Origin: Eubacteriales bacterium
Lineage (GTDB): Bacteria; Bacillota; Clostridia; Oscillospirales; CAG-272
NCBI GenBank assembly: GCA_045630385.1
Contig: JAZQTA010000064.1
Location: 1-55,632 of the forward strand
Reading direction: 5' to 3'
Length of the DNA: 55,632 nt
Translations under genes and position numbers: made by a program
Shown here: piece after piece, positions 42,598-52,337 of the stretch
Position numbering within the stretch: position 1 is the first letter of the stretch
How the letters are laid out: each line of letters starts with the position of its first letter
Notes under the pieces: generated by a model
The model's database searches: none
What the model saw: only the letters and a program-made list of their open reading frames with translations
What the model was told of the DNA's origin: nothing

Positions 42598-45144
42598 ATG
42601 CGGCTTTCTATCCAAAAACTTTATATTGATTATGATGCGCGCCCCTTGGTGCTGACGGATCGGGAAAGGCCCGTCTTTTCGTGGTCGATTGTCGGCGGCA
42701 CGCGCGGTGCGGTGCAAGCCGCCTTTCGCATCCGAGTGATGCGCGGCGATACGACCGTGTATGACAGCGGTGAGAGAAAAACGGCGGAGCAAAGCGCCGT
42801 ATACGGCGGCGATGCCCTGATCAGCGGCGAAAAATACCGCGTGCTCGTCAGCGTAACGGCGAGCGGCGGCGAGAGCGCCGCGTCCTCTGCGGATTTTAAA
42901 TATCTTGCGCCGCGCGCCCTGTCGGGAAAATGGATCACCGCGGCATCCGATGGGAGCGGAAGAGCCAAGCACTTCTTCCGTTCCTTTACGCTGGAAAAAA
43001 TGCCGATCCGCGCAACGCTCTATGCATCGGGCATCGGCTATCAGTATATCACCGTCAACGGCGCGGACGTGGAAAAATCCTTTCTCAACCCCGCGACATC
43101 TGCCTATCATAAGCTTTGCTATTACACGGTCACGGATGTGACCGATGCGCTCCGCCTCGGTAAAAACGGCGTTTTTGCAGTGGTCGGCGGCGGTTGGCGC
43201 GATATCGGCAATCATCTGGAATTCCTATGGGAAAATAAGCCGCGCACGAACATGCTCGGAGAAACGCGCCTGATCGCGGAGCTTGTGCTTGAATACGAAA
43301 ACGGCGAAAGCGAAATCATCGCCACCGATGATACTTGGCTTTCGGGCTTCGGCGCATTCACGAAAAACAATATCTTTGACGGCGAGACCTACGATGCGCG
43401 CCTTTTGCCGAAGGGCTGGGATACCCCGGCGTTTGACGGTGCGGATTTTCTCCCCGCAAGGATCTGCGAGGTAGATCCCGCGCCCCGACTTCTGCCCGAA
43501 ACGCATCCACCCGTGACCGAACAGCGCCGTATCCGCGCGCGCTCGGTCTATCCCTTGGGGGACGGCTCGTATATCTTTGATTTTGGCGAAAATATCGCGG
43601 GCGTAGGATGCCTTTCCATTCCCGAAAATATCGAAAAGGGAAGCGTGATTACTGTAGAATATTCCGAGGATCGCGCCCCAAGCGGCGATCTTTGCAAGGA
43701 AACCCTGCGCGGCGTTTTGCAGACCGATACCTTTATCGCGGGCGATCAAAATCCCTCCGTGTTCATTCCGCGCCTTTGCTATCACGGCTTCCGTTACGCC
43801 AAAATTTCGGGGCTCGACCGCGTGCCCACGGAGGATACCCTCGTCGCCATCGTATTTTATAACGATATCAAAAACCGCTCGCATTTCCGTTGCGGAAGCC
43901 CCCTCGTCAATCAATTGCAGGAAAACATCGTGCGCACCGAGTGTGATAATATCCATCATCTCGCGACCGACTGTCCGCAAAGAAACGAGCGCATGGGCTG
44001 GATGAACGATGCCACCGTCCGTTTCGAGGAAATGCCCTATAATTTCTATACCAACCGCCTCTATCGCAAGATCCTTCTCGATATCGTCACAGAGCAGGAC
44101 GAAAGCGGAGCGATCCCCGATACCGCACCGTATCTCGGCGGCAGTAAGCCCTGTGATCCCGTCTGCTCGTCCTTCCTCGTCATGGCGCTTGAAAATCTTC
44201 TGCACTACGGCGATACCGAAACCGTCAAGGAATATTACGGCGCGTTTAAGCGCTATAACGAGAGCCTTGCCGCCATGCGCACCGAGGAGGGAATTATAGA
44301 ATTCTCGCATTACGGCGACTGGGCAGGGCCGGACGATTTTTGCACCGCCCGCTTTGACGGTGTGCAGTCCGCCGTCACTCCGAACGCCCTCATGTCCACG
44401 GGCTTCCATTATTATAATTATACGTTGCTTTCGCGCTTCGCCCTTGCGCTTGGAGATGCGGAGGAAAGCGAAAGAATGCTTGCCGCTGCCGCATCGGTGC
44501 GCGATGCATTCCTTGAAAAATGGTTTGATGCAAAGCATGGCTACGTTGCCACGGGCTCGCAGGGAGCGCAGGCCTTTGCGCTTTGGCTCGGTATCTTGCC
44601 GAAGGAGAGCGAGCCGCTTGCCGCAAGGCGTATGCACGAGGCCGTCAAAAACGTCGGCTACCGTCTGACCACGGGAAATATCACCACGAAATATCTAATG
44701 GATATGCTTGCCGTTCACGGCTACGGTGACGATGCGTGGAAGCTTCTTTCGCGCGAGGAATATCCCTCTTGGGGCTATATGATCGCAAACGGCGCCACCA
44801 CGGTCTGGGAGCGCTTCGAGAATAAGCTCGGCTCGGGCATGAATTCGCATAACCACCCGATGTACGGCGCGGTCGGCTACTTTATGTACGCGCATCTTCT
44901 CGGCATCCGCCCGCTTTCGGAGGGATTTGCTCGCTTCACAGTCGATCCCATCTATCCCGAAGGGCTTCTCTTTGCCGAGGGCAGAGTGGATACTCTCATG
45001 GGCGAGATCTACGTGAAATGGGAAAAGCGCGAGGAGAAAACCTTCCTCTCCCTCGTCGTCCCCTTCGGTATGACAGCAGAGGTCACTCTTCCCGAGGGTA
45101 AGAAAATTTTTCCGTTCGGAACGTATGCTTTTGAGGTATCATAA
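42598..45144 (+). CDS. alpha-L-rhamnosidase (GH78), no signal peptide
   Basis: Start MRLSIQKLYIDYD at 42598 with RBS GGGAGG; the ORF-track start is 42505. The GH78 signature DCPQRNERMGWMNDA, an (alpha/alpha)6 region and a length of about 848 aa all fit. Confidence 0.85.
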   Translation: MRLSIQKLYIDYDARPLVLTDRERPVFSWSIVGGTRGAVQAAFRIRVMRGDTTVYDSGERKTAEQSAVYGGDALISGEKYRVLVSVTASGGESAASSADFKYLAPRALSGKWITAASDGSGRAKHFFRSFTLEKMPIRATLYASGIGYQYITVNGADVEKSFLNPATSAYHKLCYYTVTDVTDALRLGKNGVFAVVGGGWRDIGNHLEFLWENKPRTNMLGETRLIAELVLEYENGESEIIATDDTWLSGFGAFTKNNIFDGETYDARLLPKGWDTPAFDGADFLPARICEVDPAPRLLPETHPPVTEQRRIRARSVYPLGDGSYIFDFGENIAGVGCLSIPENIEKGSVITVEYSEDRAPSGDLCKETLRGVLQTDTFIAGDQNPSVFIPRLCYHGFRYAKISGLDRVPTEDTLVAIVFYNDIKNRSHFRCGSPLVNQLQENIVRTECDNIHHLATDCPQRNERMGWMNDATVRFEEMPYNFYTNRLYRKILLDIVTEQDESGAIPDTAPYLGGSKPCDPVCSSFLVMALENLLHYGDTETVKEYYGAFKRYNESLAAMRTEEGIIEFSHYGDWAGPDDFCTARFDGVQSAVTPNALMSTGFHYYNYTLLSRFALALGDAEESERMLAAAASVRDAFLEKWFDAKHGYVATGSQGAQAFALWLGILPKESEPLAARRMHEAVKNVGYRLTTGNITTKYLMDMLAVHGYGDDAWKLLSREEYPSWGYMIANGATTVWERFENKLGSGMNSHNHPMYGAVGYFMYAHLLGIRPLSEGFARFTVDPIYPEGLLFAEGRVDTLMGEIYVKWEKREEKTFLSLVVPFGMTAEVTLPEGKKIFPFGTYAFEVS

Positions 45145-45180
45145 TAAAAAAGGGCTTTCGCGTTTTTCGCGAAAGCCCTT
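45145..45180. terminator. terminator hairpin between convergent genes (best U-run on the minus strand)
   Basis: A perfect 13-bp stem, AAGGGCTTTCGCG (45150-45162) pairing with CGCGAAAGCCCTT (45168-45180). The A-run to its left gives UUUUUU for the minus-strand transcript. Confidence 0.65.
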
Positions 45181-45185
45181 AAAAA

Positions 45186-47279
45186 TTACCACTCGATGTG
45201 CAAAGCATCCTGCGCCGAAAGGGTGAAGGAAAGCGTGAGGGTATCGTTTTCCTTGTCCAAAACGGGCGCATAAGCCGAAAGCGCGGCGGGAATTTCTTCC
45301 TTCGCGCCGTATTCCGAAGCGCGAAGAATGATTTTTGCATTGCCGCCCTCGTCGCGGATGTTAAAAATAAAGAGATGCGTTTTTCCGTCCGTTGCCTTCC
45401 AGCCACCCGCGATCACGGTGGGAACAACAAGATCGTCACCGCCCCACATATGCGGCGTGGAGGTGTGCGTGGGAAGCTCGGTCGAAACGAGCGGCGGGCG
45501 AAGCATCGTTCCCGTCACGAAAAGCTTTCTCATATCATAGCGCAGATGTGCAAGCTTGTAGAGAAAGGGGAAGACGGCCTCGTTATCCTGCACGTCGTAG
45601 TTGATCCATCCGAGCTGCTGTCCCTGCACGAGGGATTTGGCAAAGGTATAGCGCGAATAAATGAAATCGCCCTTTCGCCAGCCGTTGATCACGCGGCCGA
45701 CCATCGTAATGTATCTTGAGTAGATCACGGCAAAGGCGGGCACCTCGCCGTTTTCGCCCCAATGCCAGGTAAGATAGCCGTCAAAGCTGTCAAGATACGG
45801 CTCTGCATTGCATTCCGTAAAGGAGAATTTTCGTTCGTCCTTTTCCGCGCGGATGCGGCGGAAGAGAGCGCGCGTGCCATCAAGCCATGCGCCGCTGTTG
45901 CCGGGCGCGTGCGAGTGCGTGGGATCTGCGCAGGGGCGTGCTCCCATGGCGGCGGTCTGATCGTAATAAATACCGTCAAGGCCGAGCTCGTCCTCAATTC
46001 TCTCGGAAAGGCGGGAGATCATCCGATGCCAAACGGGAGAGGAGGGGCAAACGGCGATGAGATTTGTCTTTTCTCCGTCGGGCTTGATCTGCGGATATAC
46101 CTCAACGAAGAGGTTTCCGTCCTTGTCCTTGGCGGCCTCGTGAATTCCCGTCACGGCAAAGCTTTCCTCGAGCGTGGGAGCGTTATCGCGGGATTCCCAG
46201 CTCGATGCATTGATATAAGGCGCGATATAGATGCCTGCATCCTGCACCCTTTTTACGCCGTCCTTAAAATCGTCCTTCGCGGGTAAAAAGTGCGGATAAT
46301 CGATATTGAAGGCGTTCTTGTGCCAGTTGTAAACGTGATAGCCCACGGGAAGACCGAGCTTTTCCTTTAGCTTGATCGCCTCGCGCCACCATGCGTCCTT
46401 GTCGCTGTTGTTTCGGTAGCGAAGGGTTTCGGGCATATTGTTTCCTTGCTCGGGAATGTTGGGAAGAAAGTCCATGATCCAGAAGGGAAGCTCCTTGAAG
46501 TAATCGGGCGTATCGGGGCGTCCGTATTCTCCGAGTGTGGGAAGCCAGTCGGCGTGCTGAACGAATTCGCCGTAGCGAAGCGCGCAATCGTACCAGTCCC
46601 CCTTGATGTATTCCCAGGTAACGCCGCCGCGCAGAGAAAATGAATTGGAAGCAAGTCCCATGCCCTCCGCAGGGTAGGAAGCGCCGAGCCTCAGCTCGCC
46701 TCCCTCCGAATTGACCGTATAATATTTCGTGCGCGCCTCGCGGTCGTGATGGCCGAGATACAGGGCATCTCCCTCAGCGAAGATCGCCATATACTGCATG
46801 CAGTAGCGCGAGGAGGGATACATCCAGTCGAGCTTTAGATTTTTGTGTCTGAAATCCTCGATCACGCGACCGGGGCCGCTCGTAATAAAGAGGTCGAAAA
46901 TATCGTTTTCCACGTTCGGATAAGGATACGAGGCCTCCATCACGCTGTATCGGCTGTCGAGGTTGGAAATATCCGTAGAGAAGGTAAGCCCCTTATCACC
47001 GATCACGGCCGTCACCGTCACCGCAAGATCGATTTTTCCCTCATATCCGCGAAAGAAAAAGCGCAGATACCCCTCTCTTTGCCGCACCGTCACCTCGCGC
47101 CATCCCGCCTCGGAGGAAACGGTAAAATCCTCCTTGGACGAAAGCGGTCGCAGATTCAGCGTAAAAAGAGGCGAGCGGCTGAACGCGATATGACCGAAGC
47201 GTCCGCCCGCAATATAAGCGCCCGCCTCGTTTTTTTCAAAATTCACGGTGAAGCTTTTCTTCCCGGTCGTGATAAACAT
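45186..47279 (-). CDS. large cytoplasmic protein of unknown family, probably a glycoside-hydrolase-like TIM-barrel protein (DUF6259-like)
   Basis: 697 aa with no signal peptide. It is Trp/Tyr-rich (WHKNAFNIDYPHF, YINASSWE, WHWGENGE). It sits between GH78 and an AraC/GH31 pair. The family assignment is from memory only. Confidence 0.35.
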   Translation of the reverse strand: MFITTGKKSFTVNFEKNEAGAYIAGGRFGHIAFSRSPLFTLNLRPLSSKEDFTVSSEAGWREVTVRQREGYLRFFFRGYEGKIDLAVTVTAVIGDKGLTFSTDISNLDSRYSVMEASYPYPNVENDIFDLFITSGPGRVIEDFRHKNLKLDWMYPSSRYCMQYMAIFAEGDALYLGHHDREARTKYYTVNSEGGELRLGASYPAEGMGLASNSFSLRGGVTWEYIKGDWYDCALRYGEFVQHADWLPTLGEYGRPDTPDYFKELPFWIMDFLPNIPEQGNNMPETLRYRNNSDKDAWWREAIKLKEKLGLPVGYHVYNWHKNAFNIDYPHFLPAKDDFKDGVKRVQDAGIYIAPYINASSWESRDNAPTLEESFAVTGIHEAAKDKDGNLFVEVYPQIKPDGEKTNLIAVCPSSPVWHRMISRLSERIEDELGLDGIYYDQTAAMGARPCADPTHSHAPGNSGAWLDGTRALFRRIRAEKDERKFSFTECNAEPYLDSFDGYLTWHWGENGEVPAFAVIYSRYITMVGRVINGWRKGDFIYSRYTFAKSLVQGQQLGWINYDVQDNEAVFPFLYKLAHLRYDMRKLFVTGTMLRPPLVSTELPTHTSTPHMWGGDDLVVPTVIAGGWKATDGKTHLFIFNIRDEGGNAKIILRASEYGAKEEIPAALSAYAPVLDKENDTLTLSFTLSAQDALHIEW

Positions 47280-47370
47280 AGTGATTCTCCTTTTAGAATT
47301 TCCGTGCTGTTGTATATAAAAACATTTTACATGAAAAAGATAAAAAAAGCAAGCAACGCTTGGTTGTTTC

Positions 47371-48123
47371 TTACCGCGCGGCGCGGGATTGCTTTTTGAA
47401 CTGCGCCGCAGATATCCCCTCGTATTTTTTAAACGCGTGCGAAAACGCGTAATAATCCGAAAATCCCGATCGCTCGGCCACCTCGGAGAGCGGCATATCG
47501 TAGCTGATGATCATTGTTTTTGAAAAATCAATGCGCTTTTTAGCAATATAATCGAAAAGATGAGTCCCCTCGTGTTTTTTGAAAAGCGAGCAAAGATATC
47601 CCGGCGCAAGATGCACCGCCTCGGCGATCTGTGCGAGCGTATAGTGCGCGTAAGGCTTGTCAAGCACCATTTGCTTCACCGCTCTCACGTAGGCGTTGCC
47701 GCCGCCCGTGGCGCTCTCGGTCAGAGAGCTCAATAAATAGGTCAGCAGGGAATCGCATTTTTGCGCTCGCTCGGGGCTTTCCGTGTGGTAGCATTCGTAT
47801 AGCAGCTTGAGAAGATATACGCCGTCGGCATTGACTGCATTTTTGATTACGCCGGAGAGCGAAAAGGCGTGCCCCTTCGGAAATACGAGATTTAAGCTTG
47901 CAAAGGTCGCGCTTTTTTCCGAAGCCGTTCGTTCTCGTTTGACGCCTGCGGGAAAAACGATCGCCTCCCCCGCGTGTAAAACGGTGGGGATTCCGTTGAA
48001 AAGATAGTGAAGCTCTCCGTCGATCAGATAGGTAATATCCGTATAGGGAAGTGTAAAAGGCGCCACCGCTCTCGGTGGCTCATTCGTATGAAAATTGTAG
48101 AGAAGTATTTGTATGTCCTTCAT
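47371..48123 (-). CDS. AraC family transcriptional regulator
   Basis: Start MKDIQILLYNF at 48123 with RBS GGAGAAAAA. C-terminal HTHs are LAQIAEAVHLAPGYLCSLFKK and EVAERSGFSDYYAFSHAFKKYEGISAAQF. Confidence 0.85.
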   Translation of the reverse strand: MKDIQILLYNFHTNEPPRAVAPFTLPYTDITYLIDGELHYLFNGIPTVLHAGEAIVFPAGVKRERTASEKSATFASLNLVFPKGHAFSLSGVIKNAVNADGVYLLKLLYECYHTESPERAQKCDSLLTYLLSSLTESATGGGNAYVRAVKQMVLDKPYAHYTLAQIAEAVHLAPGYLCSLFKKHEGTHLFDYIAKKRIDFSKTMIISYDMPLSEVAERSGFSDYYAFSHAFKKYEGISAAQFKKQSRAAR

Positions 48124-48396
48124 TTTTTCTCCGGGATGTTTTTTGTCGGTGTGTGGATTCTCCCACGCGATTATTTTAGCATAGCCGAAAGAAAAAGTCA
48201 AGAAAGCGCACCTGAATATTTCGCAACTTTTCGGGATAAGAAATGAATATTTGCTCTTGTCCGCCTTGAAAAAAACTGATATAATAAAAATGAAAAATGC
48301 ACTGTTTTTATGAAAAATGCATTTTTGTTATGGAAAAACGATTTTGGAAATGTTATACTGAATAAAACCGACTTTGTTCGAAAGGAAGGCGTATAT

Positions 48397-50574
48397 ATGA
48401 GTTTATCATTATTAAAGGTGAATGAAAACGCGTATCAGATAAGAGACGGCAAAAAAAGTTCTTCCATGCTTTCGCGTTACGGCATTTTAAAGGGAGAAGC
48501 CGTCCCCCATGAAAACGGTGCGGATATTTCCGTCCTGGGCGAAAGGGTGATCCTTGGTGCAAAGCGTCAGGTTGCGCTTTCCGTAAAGCGGTACGGGGAA
48601 CGCTACGTGATCGAGGTGCCGATCTCGGAAAACGAGGGATTTTACGGTCTCGGTGATTCCTCGCGTGACGGTATTCAGCTGAGCGGCAAGGAGATCACGC
48701 TCTGGAAATCCAACGTAAAATGCTACGGTCCCATGCCCCTCCTGCTTTCGGGTGACGGTTGGGCGATCCTTGTAAATACCACCTATAAAACCGTTTTTGA
48801 TATCGGAAAAAACGATAAGAATACGCTTGTTATCAAGGTGTACGGCGGCCAAATCGATTTCTACCTCTTTAAAGCCGATAGCCTCCTCGGGCTCGTGCAG
48901 ACGGTCACCAAGGTCACGGGGCGGCCGATGATGCTCCCGAAGTTCGGATACGGACTCACTGTCGTCAATAACGAGGATATCTCGATCCCTCAGCTTCTTG
49001 AATATACAAGACTTTACAGAGAGCAGGATATCCCCTGCGACGTCATGGGGCTGGAGCCCTCCTGGATGCAGCAGCATTACGATTTTTCGTTGGATAAATG
49101 GTGGAATAAGGAAAAATTCTACGTGCCGTATTGGATGCCGAAAAATACGGCGGGCGCGGGCACGTTCTTTCATCCCGTGCGTTGTATGGGCATGCAGATG
49201 TCGCTTTGGCTCTGCGAGGATTACGATCTGATCTACCATGAGGAGGGCATTCTCCCCGAGGAGAAGGACGAGAGCGGTTTCCCCGAGGGCACAGAGATCG
49301 AGGACGCGCATTTTAATAACGCCGTGGAATATCAGGATAAATTAACGAAGATCGGCGAGCCTTGGTTTCGGCATCTTGAGAAATTTGTGGATAACTGTGC
49401 GGCAGGCTTCAAGCTGGATGCATCGAATCAAGTGTTTGCACATCCGGACCGTCTTTGGGGCGGTAAATTCCATGACGACGAGGTGCATAACGTCTATCCC
49501 GTTATCCTCGCAAAGCAAATGTTCGAGGGCTTCAAGGCGCACACGGGCAGAAGAATTATGACCAACACCTCCTGTGCCTACGTGGGAACACAGCAGTATG
49601 CCGCTACTTGGGCGGGCGATACGGGCGGCGGCGCAAAAACGCTGATCTCTATCATGAACTATGCAATGTGCGGCCATTCCAACACCTCTTGCGATATGGC
49701 AACCACCGATCCGTATTCCATTCATTATTGCTTCCTCTCCCCTTGGGCACAGCAAAACTTCTGGAACTCGTGGAACTATCCTTGGTATCTGGATGAGGAG
49801 CTGAAAAGCCGTTTCGTGTTCTACGACCGTCTGCGCTCGTCGCTTTTTCCGTATATCTACTATACCGCACACGAGGCCAATCGGGACGGCATTCCCATGC
49901 TTCGTCCTCTGCCGCTTGTGTATGAGGGACAGGGCTACGATAATGTTAACAACGCCTATATGCTTGGTGATAATCTTCTGGTCGGTGCATTCGATATGCA
50001 TTTCCCGATCCCCGAGGGAGAATGGGTGGATTATTTCACGGGCGAGACTTATGAGGGCGGAAAATGGATCGATTACGAGCCGAAGGGACTTGCCTCGGGT
50101 GCGCTCCTCGTGAAAAAGGGTGCCGTGGTCGTCACGATGAAGCCGCAGAAGTATATTCTTGAGAAGGATCACGAATATACCGTAAATCTCTACCCCGGCA
50201 AGGATGCGGGGAAGAGCGCGATCTATGAGGATGACGGCTTTACCTTCGATTATGAAAACGGCGGCTATGCGCTGACCGAGATCACCGCAAGCGGCGTGCA
50301 TGACGGTCGCATCACTCTTACCGTCGGAAAGCGAGAGGGCGACTTTGCGGGCCGTCCCGAGAATGGGCACGATCTTCATAAAAATTCGATCCCGAGGATC
50401 GACGGCATTCGTCCCCTCTCGGATCTGAAGCTTGTGATCCATGGCGCATACGCGAAGCGCATCACCCTGAACGGTGAGACCGTTCCCTTTACGTACAAAG
50501 GAAACGATACGGAGCTTTTGATCCCTGCGGCATTGCGCGAATTCGCTCCGCTTGCATACGAGGTCGAGCTTTAA
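48397..50574 (+). CDS. glycoside hydrolase family 31 enzyme (alpha-glucosidase/alpha-xylosidase-like), no signal peptide
   Basis: Start MSLSLLKVNEN at 48397 with RBS AAAGGAAGG. The nucleophile-region AAGFKLDASNQ resembles the YicI block FKTDFGE, and the acid/base-region ATWAGDTGG resembles RWGGDC. Confidence 0.7.
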   Translation: MSLSLLKVNENAYQIRDGKKSSSMLSRYGILKGEAVPHENGADISVLGERVILGAKRQVALSVKRYGERYVIEVPISENEGFYGLGDSSRDGIQLSGKEITLWKSNVKCYGPMPLLLSGDGWAILVNTTYKTVFDIGKNDKNTLVIKVYGGQIDFYLFKADSLLGLVQTVTKVTGRPMMLPKFGYGLTVVNNEDISIPQLLEYTRLYREQDIPCDVMGLEPSWMQQHYDFSLDKWWNKEKFYVPYWMPKNTAGAGTFFHPVRCMGMQMSLWLCEDYDLIYHEEGILPEEKDESGFPEGTEIEDAHFNNAVEYQDKLTKIGEPWFRHLEKFVDNCAAGFKLDASNQVFAHPDRLWGGKFHDDEVHNVYPVILAKQMFEGFKAHTGRRIMTNTSCAYVGTQQYAATWAGDTGGGAKTLISIMNYAMCGHSNTSCDMATTDPYSIHYCFLSPWAQQNFWNSWNYPWYLDEELKSRFVFYDRLRSSLFPYIYYTAHEANRDGIPMLRPLPLVYEGQGYDNVNNAYMLGDNLLVGAFDMHFPIPEGEWVDYFTGETYEGGKWIDYEPKGLASGALLVKKGAVVVTMKPQKYILEKDHEYTVNLYPGKDAGKSAIYEDDGFTFDYENGGYALTEITASGVHDGRITLTVGKREGDFAGRPENGHDLHKNSIPRIDGIRPLSDLKLVIHGAYAKRITLNGETVPFTYKGNDTELLIPAALREFAPLAYEVEL

Positions 50575-50589
50575 AAAAATCAAAAACAT

Positions 50590-50631
50590 AAAAAGCATCT
50601 GCGGCAGAAAAATCTGCCGCAGATGCTTTTT
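50590..50631. terminator. bidirectional terminator between GH31 and fhs
   Basis: A 13-bp perfect stem, GCATCTGCGGCAG (50595-50607) pairing with CTGCCGCAGATGC (50614-50626). It is flanked by AAAAA and TTTTT. Confidence 0.8.
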
Positions 50632-50648
50632 ATATCATAATCCAATGA

Positions 50649-52325
50649 TCAGAACAAACCGGTGATCTCGCCGTTTTCGTCAATATCGATCTTTTCGGCG
50701 GAGGGAACCTTGGGAAGACCGGGCATCGTCATGATATCACCCGTAAGGGCAACCACGAAGCCTGCACCCGCGCTGACGCGCACGTTCTTCACCGTGATGG
50801 AGAAATCCTCGGGTGCGCCGAGCTTGGTCGCATCGTCCGAGAAGCTGTACTGCGTTTTTGCCATACAAACGGGGAAGGAGCCGAAGCCGAGCTCTGCAAA
50901 GCGAGCCAGCTGCTTCTTTACTGCAGGCACGAAGGTAACGCTCTTGCCGCGGTAAACCTTCTTCACGATCGCGGCGATCTTTTCCTCGAGAGAAAGCTCG
51001 CTTTCGTAGGAGTAGGTGAAGCTTGCGCTCTCCTCCTCGCAAAGACGAACGACCTCCTTTGCAAGCTCCTCGCCGCCCTTGCCGCCTTCAGCCCAAACGT
51101 TGGAAAGTGCAACGTTTACGCCGAGCTTCTTGCATTCTGCAATGATCGTCTCGATCTCGGCATCGGTATCGGTGGGGAAGCGGTTGACCGCAACCACGCA
51201 GGGAAGACCGAATACGTTCTTCACGTTGTCAATGTGGCGCATAAGGTTGGGAAGTCCCTTGCAAAGAGCATCCAGGTTTTCCGTGCCAAGCTCGGTCTTT
51301 GCAAGACCGCCGTGCATTTTAAGCGCGCGAACGGTGGCAACCAATACGACCGCGCGAGGAGAAAGTCCTGCCATGCGGCACTTAATGTCAAAGAACTTCT
51401 CTGCGCCGAGGTCTGCGCCAAATCCGGCCTCGGTGATGGCGTAATCGCCCATCTTGAGTGCCATCTTGGTTGCGATCACGGAGTTGCAGCCGTGCGCAAT
51501 GTTGGCAAAAGGACCGCCGTGCACGAATGCGGGCGTGCCCTCAAGGGTTTGCACGAGGTTGGGCTTGATGGCATCCTTCAGAAGTGCGCACATTGCGCCC
51601 TGAGCCTTCAGCTGACCTGCGGTTACGGGCTGATCGTCATAGGTATAAGCAACGATGATCTTCGAAAGTCTTTCCTTCAGATCCGAAAGAGAGGTGGAGA
51701 GGCAGAGGATCGCCATGATCTCGGATGCAACCGTGATATCGAAGCCGTCCTCGCGAGGAACGCCGTTCACCTTGCCGCCCAGACCGTCCACAACGTAGCG
51801 AAGCTGGCGGTCATTCATGTCCACGCAGCGCTTCCAAACGATCTTTCTGGTATCAATGCCGAGTGCATTTCCCTGATGAATATGGTTGTCCAGCATGGCT
51901 GCAAGCAGGTTGTTTGCCGCGCCGATGGCGTGGAAGTCACCCGTGAAATGAAGGTTGATATCCTCCATGGGAACGACCTGTGCATAGCCGCCGCCTGCCG
52001 CGCCGCCCTTGATGCCGAAAACAGGGCCGAGAGAGGGCTCACGCAGAGCCACAACGGCATCCTTGCCGATGCGGCGAAGGCCGTCGGCAAGACCGATGGT
52101 GGTCGTGGTCTTACCCTCACCCGCAGGGGTGGGGGTAATTGCCGTAACGAGGATCAGCTTTCCGTCCTCCTTCTTCGTGTCCTTCAGAAGGGAAAGGTCG
52201 ATCTTCGCCTTATATTTTCCGTAGTATTCAAGATAGCTCTCGTCTACGTGCGCGGTTTTTGCAACCTCGCTGATATGCTGCATTTTGCAGGCCTTTGCGA
52301 TTTCAATGTCCGTAAGATAAGCCAT
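50649..52325 (-). CDS. fhs: formate--tetrahydrofolate ligase
   Basis: 558 aa. The FTHFS signature is [19 protein letters not shown], and the conserved C-terminal segment [14 protein letters not shown] is present. Confidence 0.95.
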   Translation of the reverse strand: MAYLTDIEIAKACKMQHISEVAKTAHVDESYLEYYGKYKAKIDLSLLKDTKKEDGKLILVTAITPTPAGEGKTTTTIGLADGLRRIGKDAVVALREPSLGPVFGIKGGAAGGGYAQVVPMEDINLHFTGDFHAIGAANNLLAAMLDNHIHQGNALGIDTRKIVWKRCVDMNDRQLRYVVDGLGGKVNGVPREDGFDITVASEIMAILCLSTSLSDLKERLSKIIVAYTYDDQPVTAGQLKAQGAMCALLKDAIKPNLVQTLEGTPAFVHGGPFANIAHGCNSVIATKMALKMGDYAITEAGFGADLGAEKFFDIKCRMAGLSPRAVVLVATVRALKMHGGLAKTELGTENLDALCKGLPNLMRHIDNVKNVFGLPCVVAVNRFPTDTDAEIETIIAECKKLGVNVALSNVWAEGGKGGEELAKEVVRLCEEESASFTYSYESELSLEEKIAAIVKKVYRGKSVTFVPAVKKQLARFAELGFGSFPVCMAKTQYSFSDDATKLGAPEDFSITVKNVRVSAGAGFVVALTGDIMTMPGLPKVPSAEKIDIDENGEITGLF

Positions 52326-52337
52326 TTTTTCTTCTCC

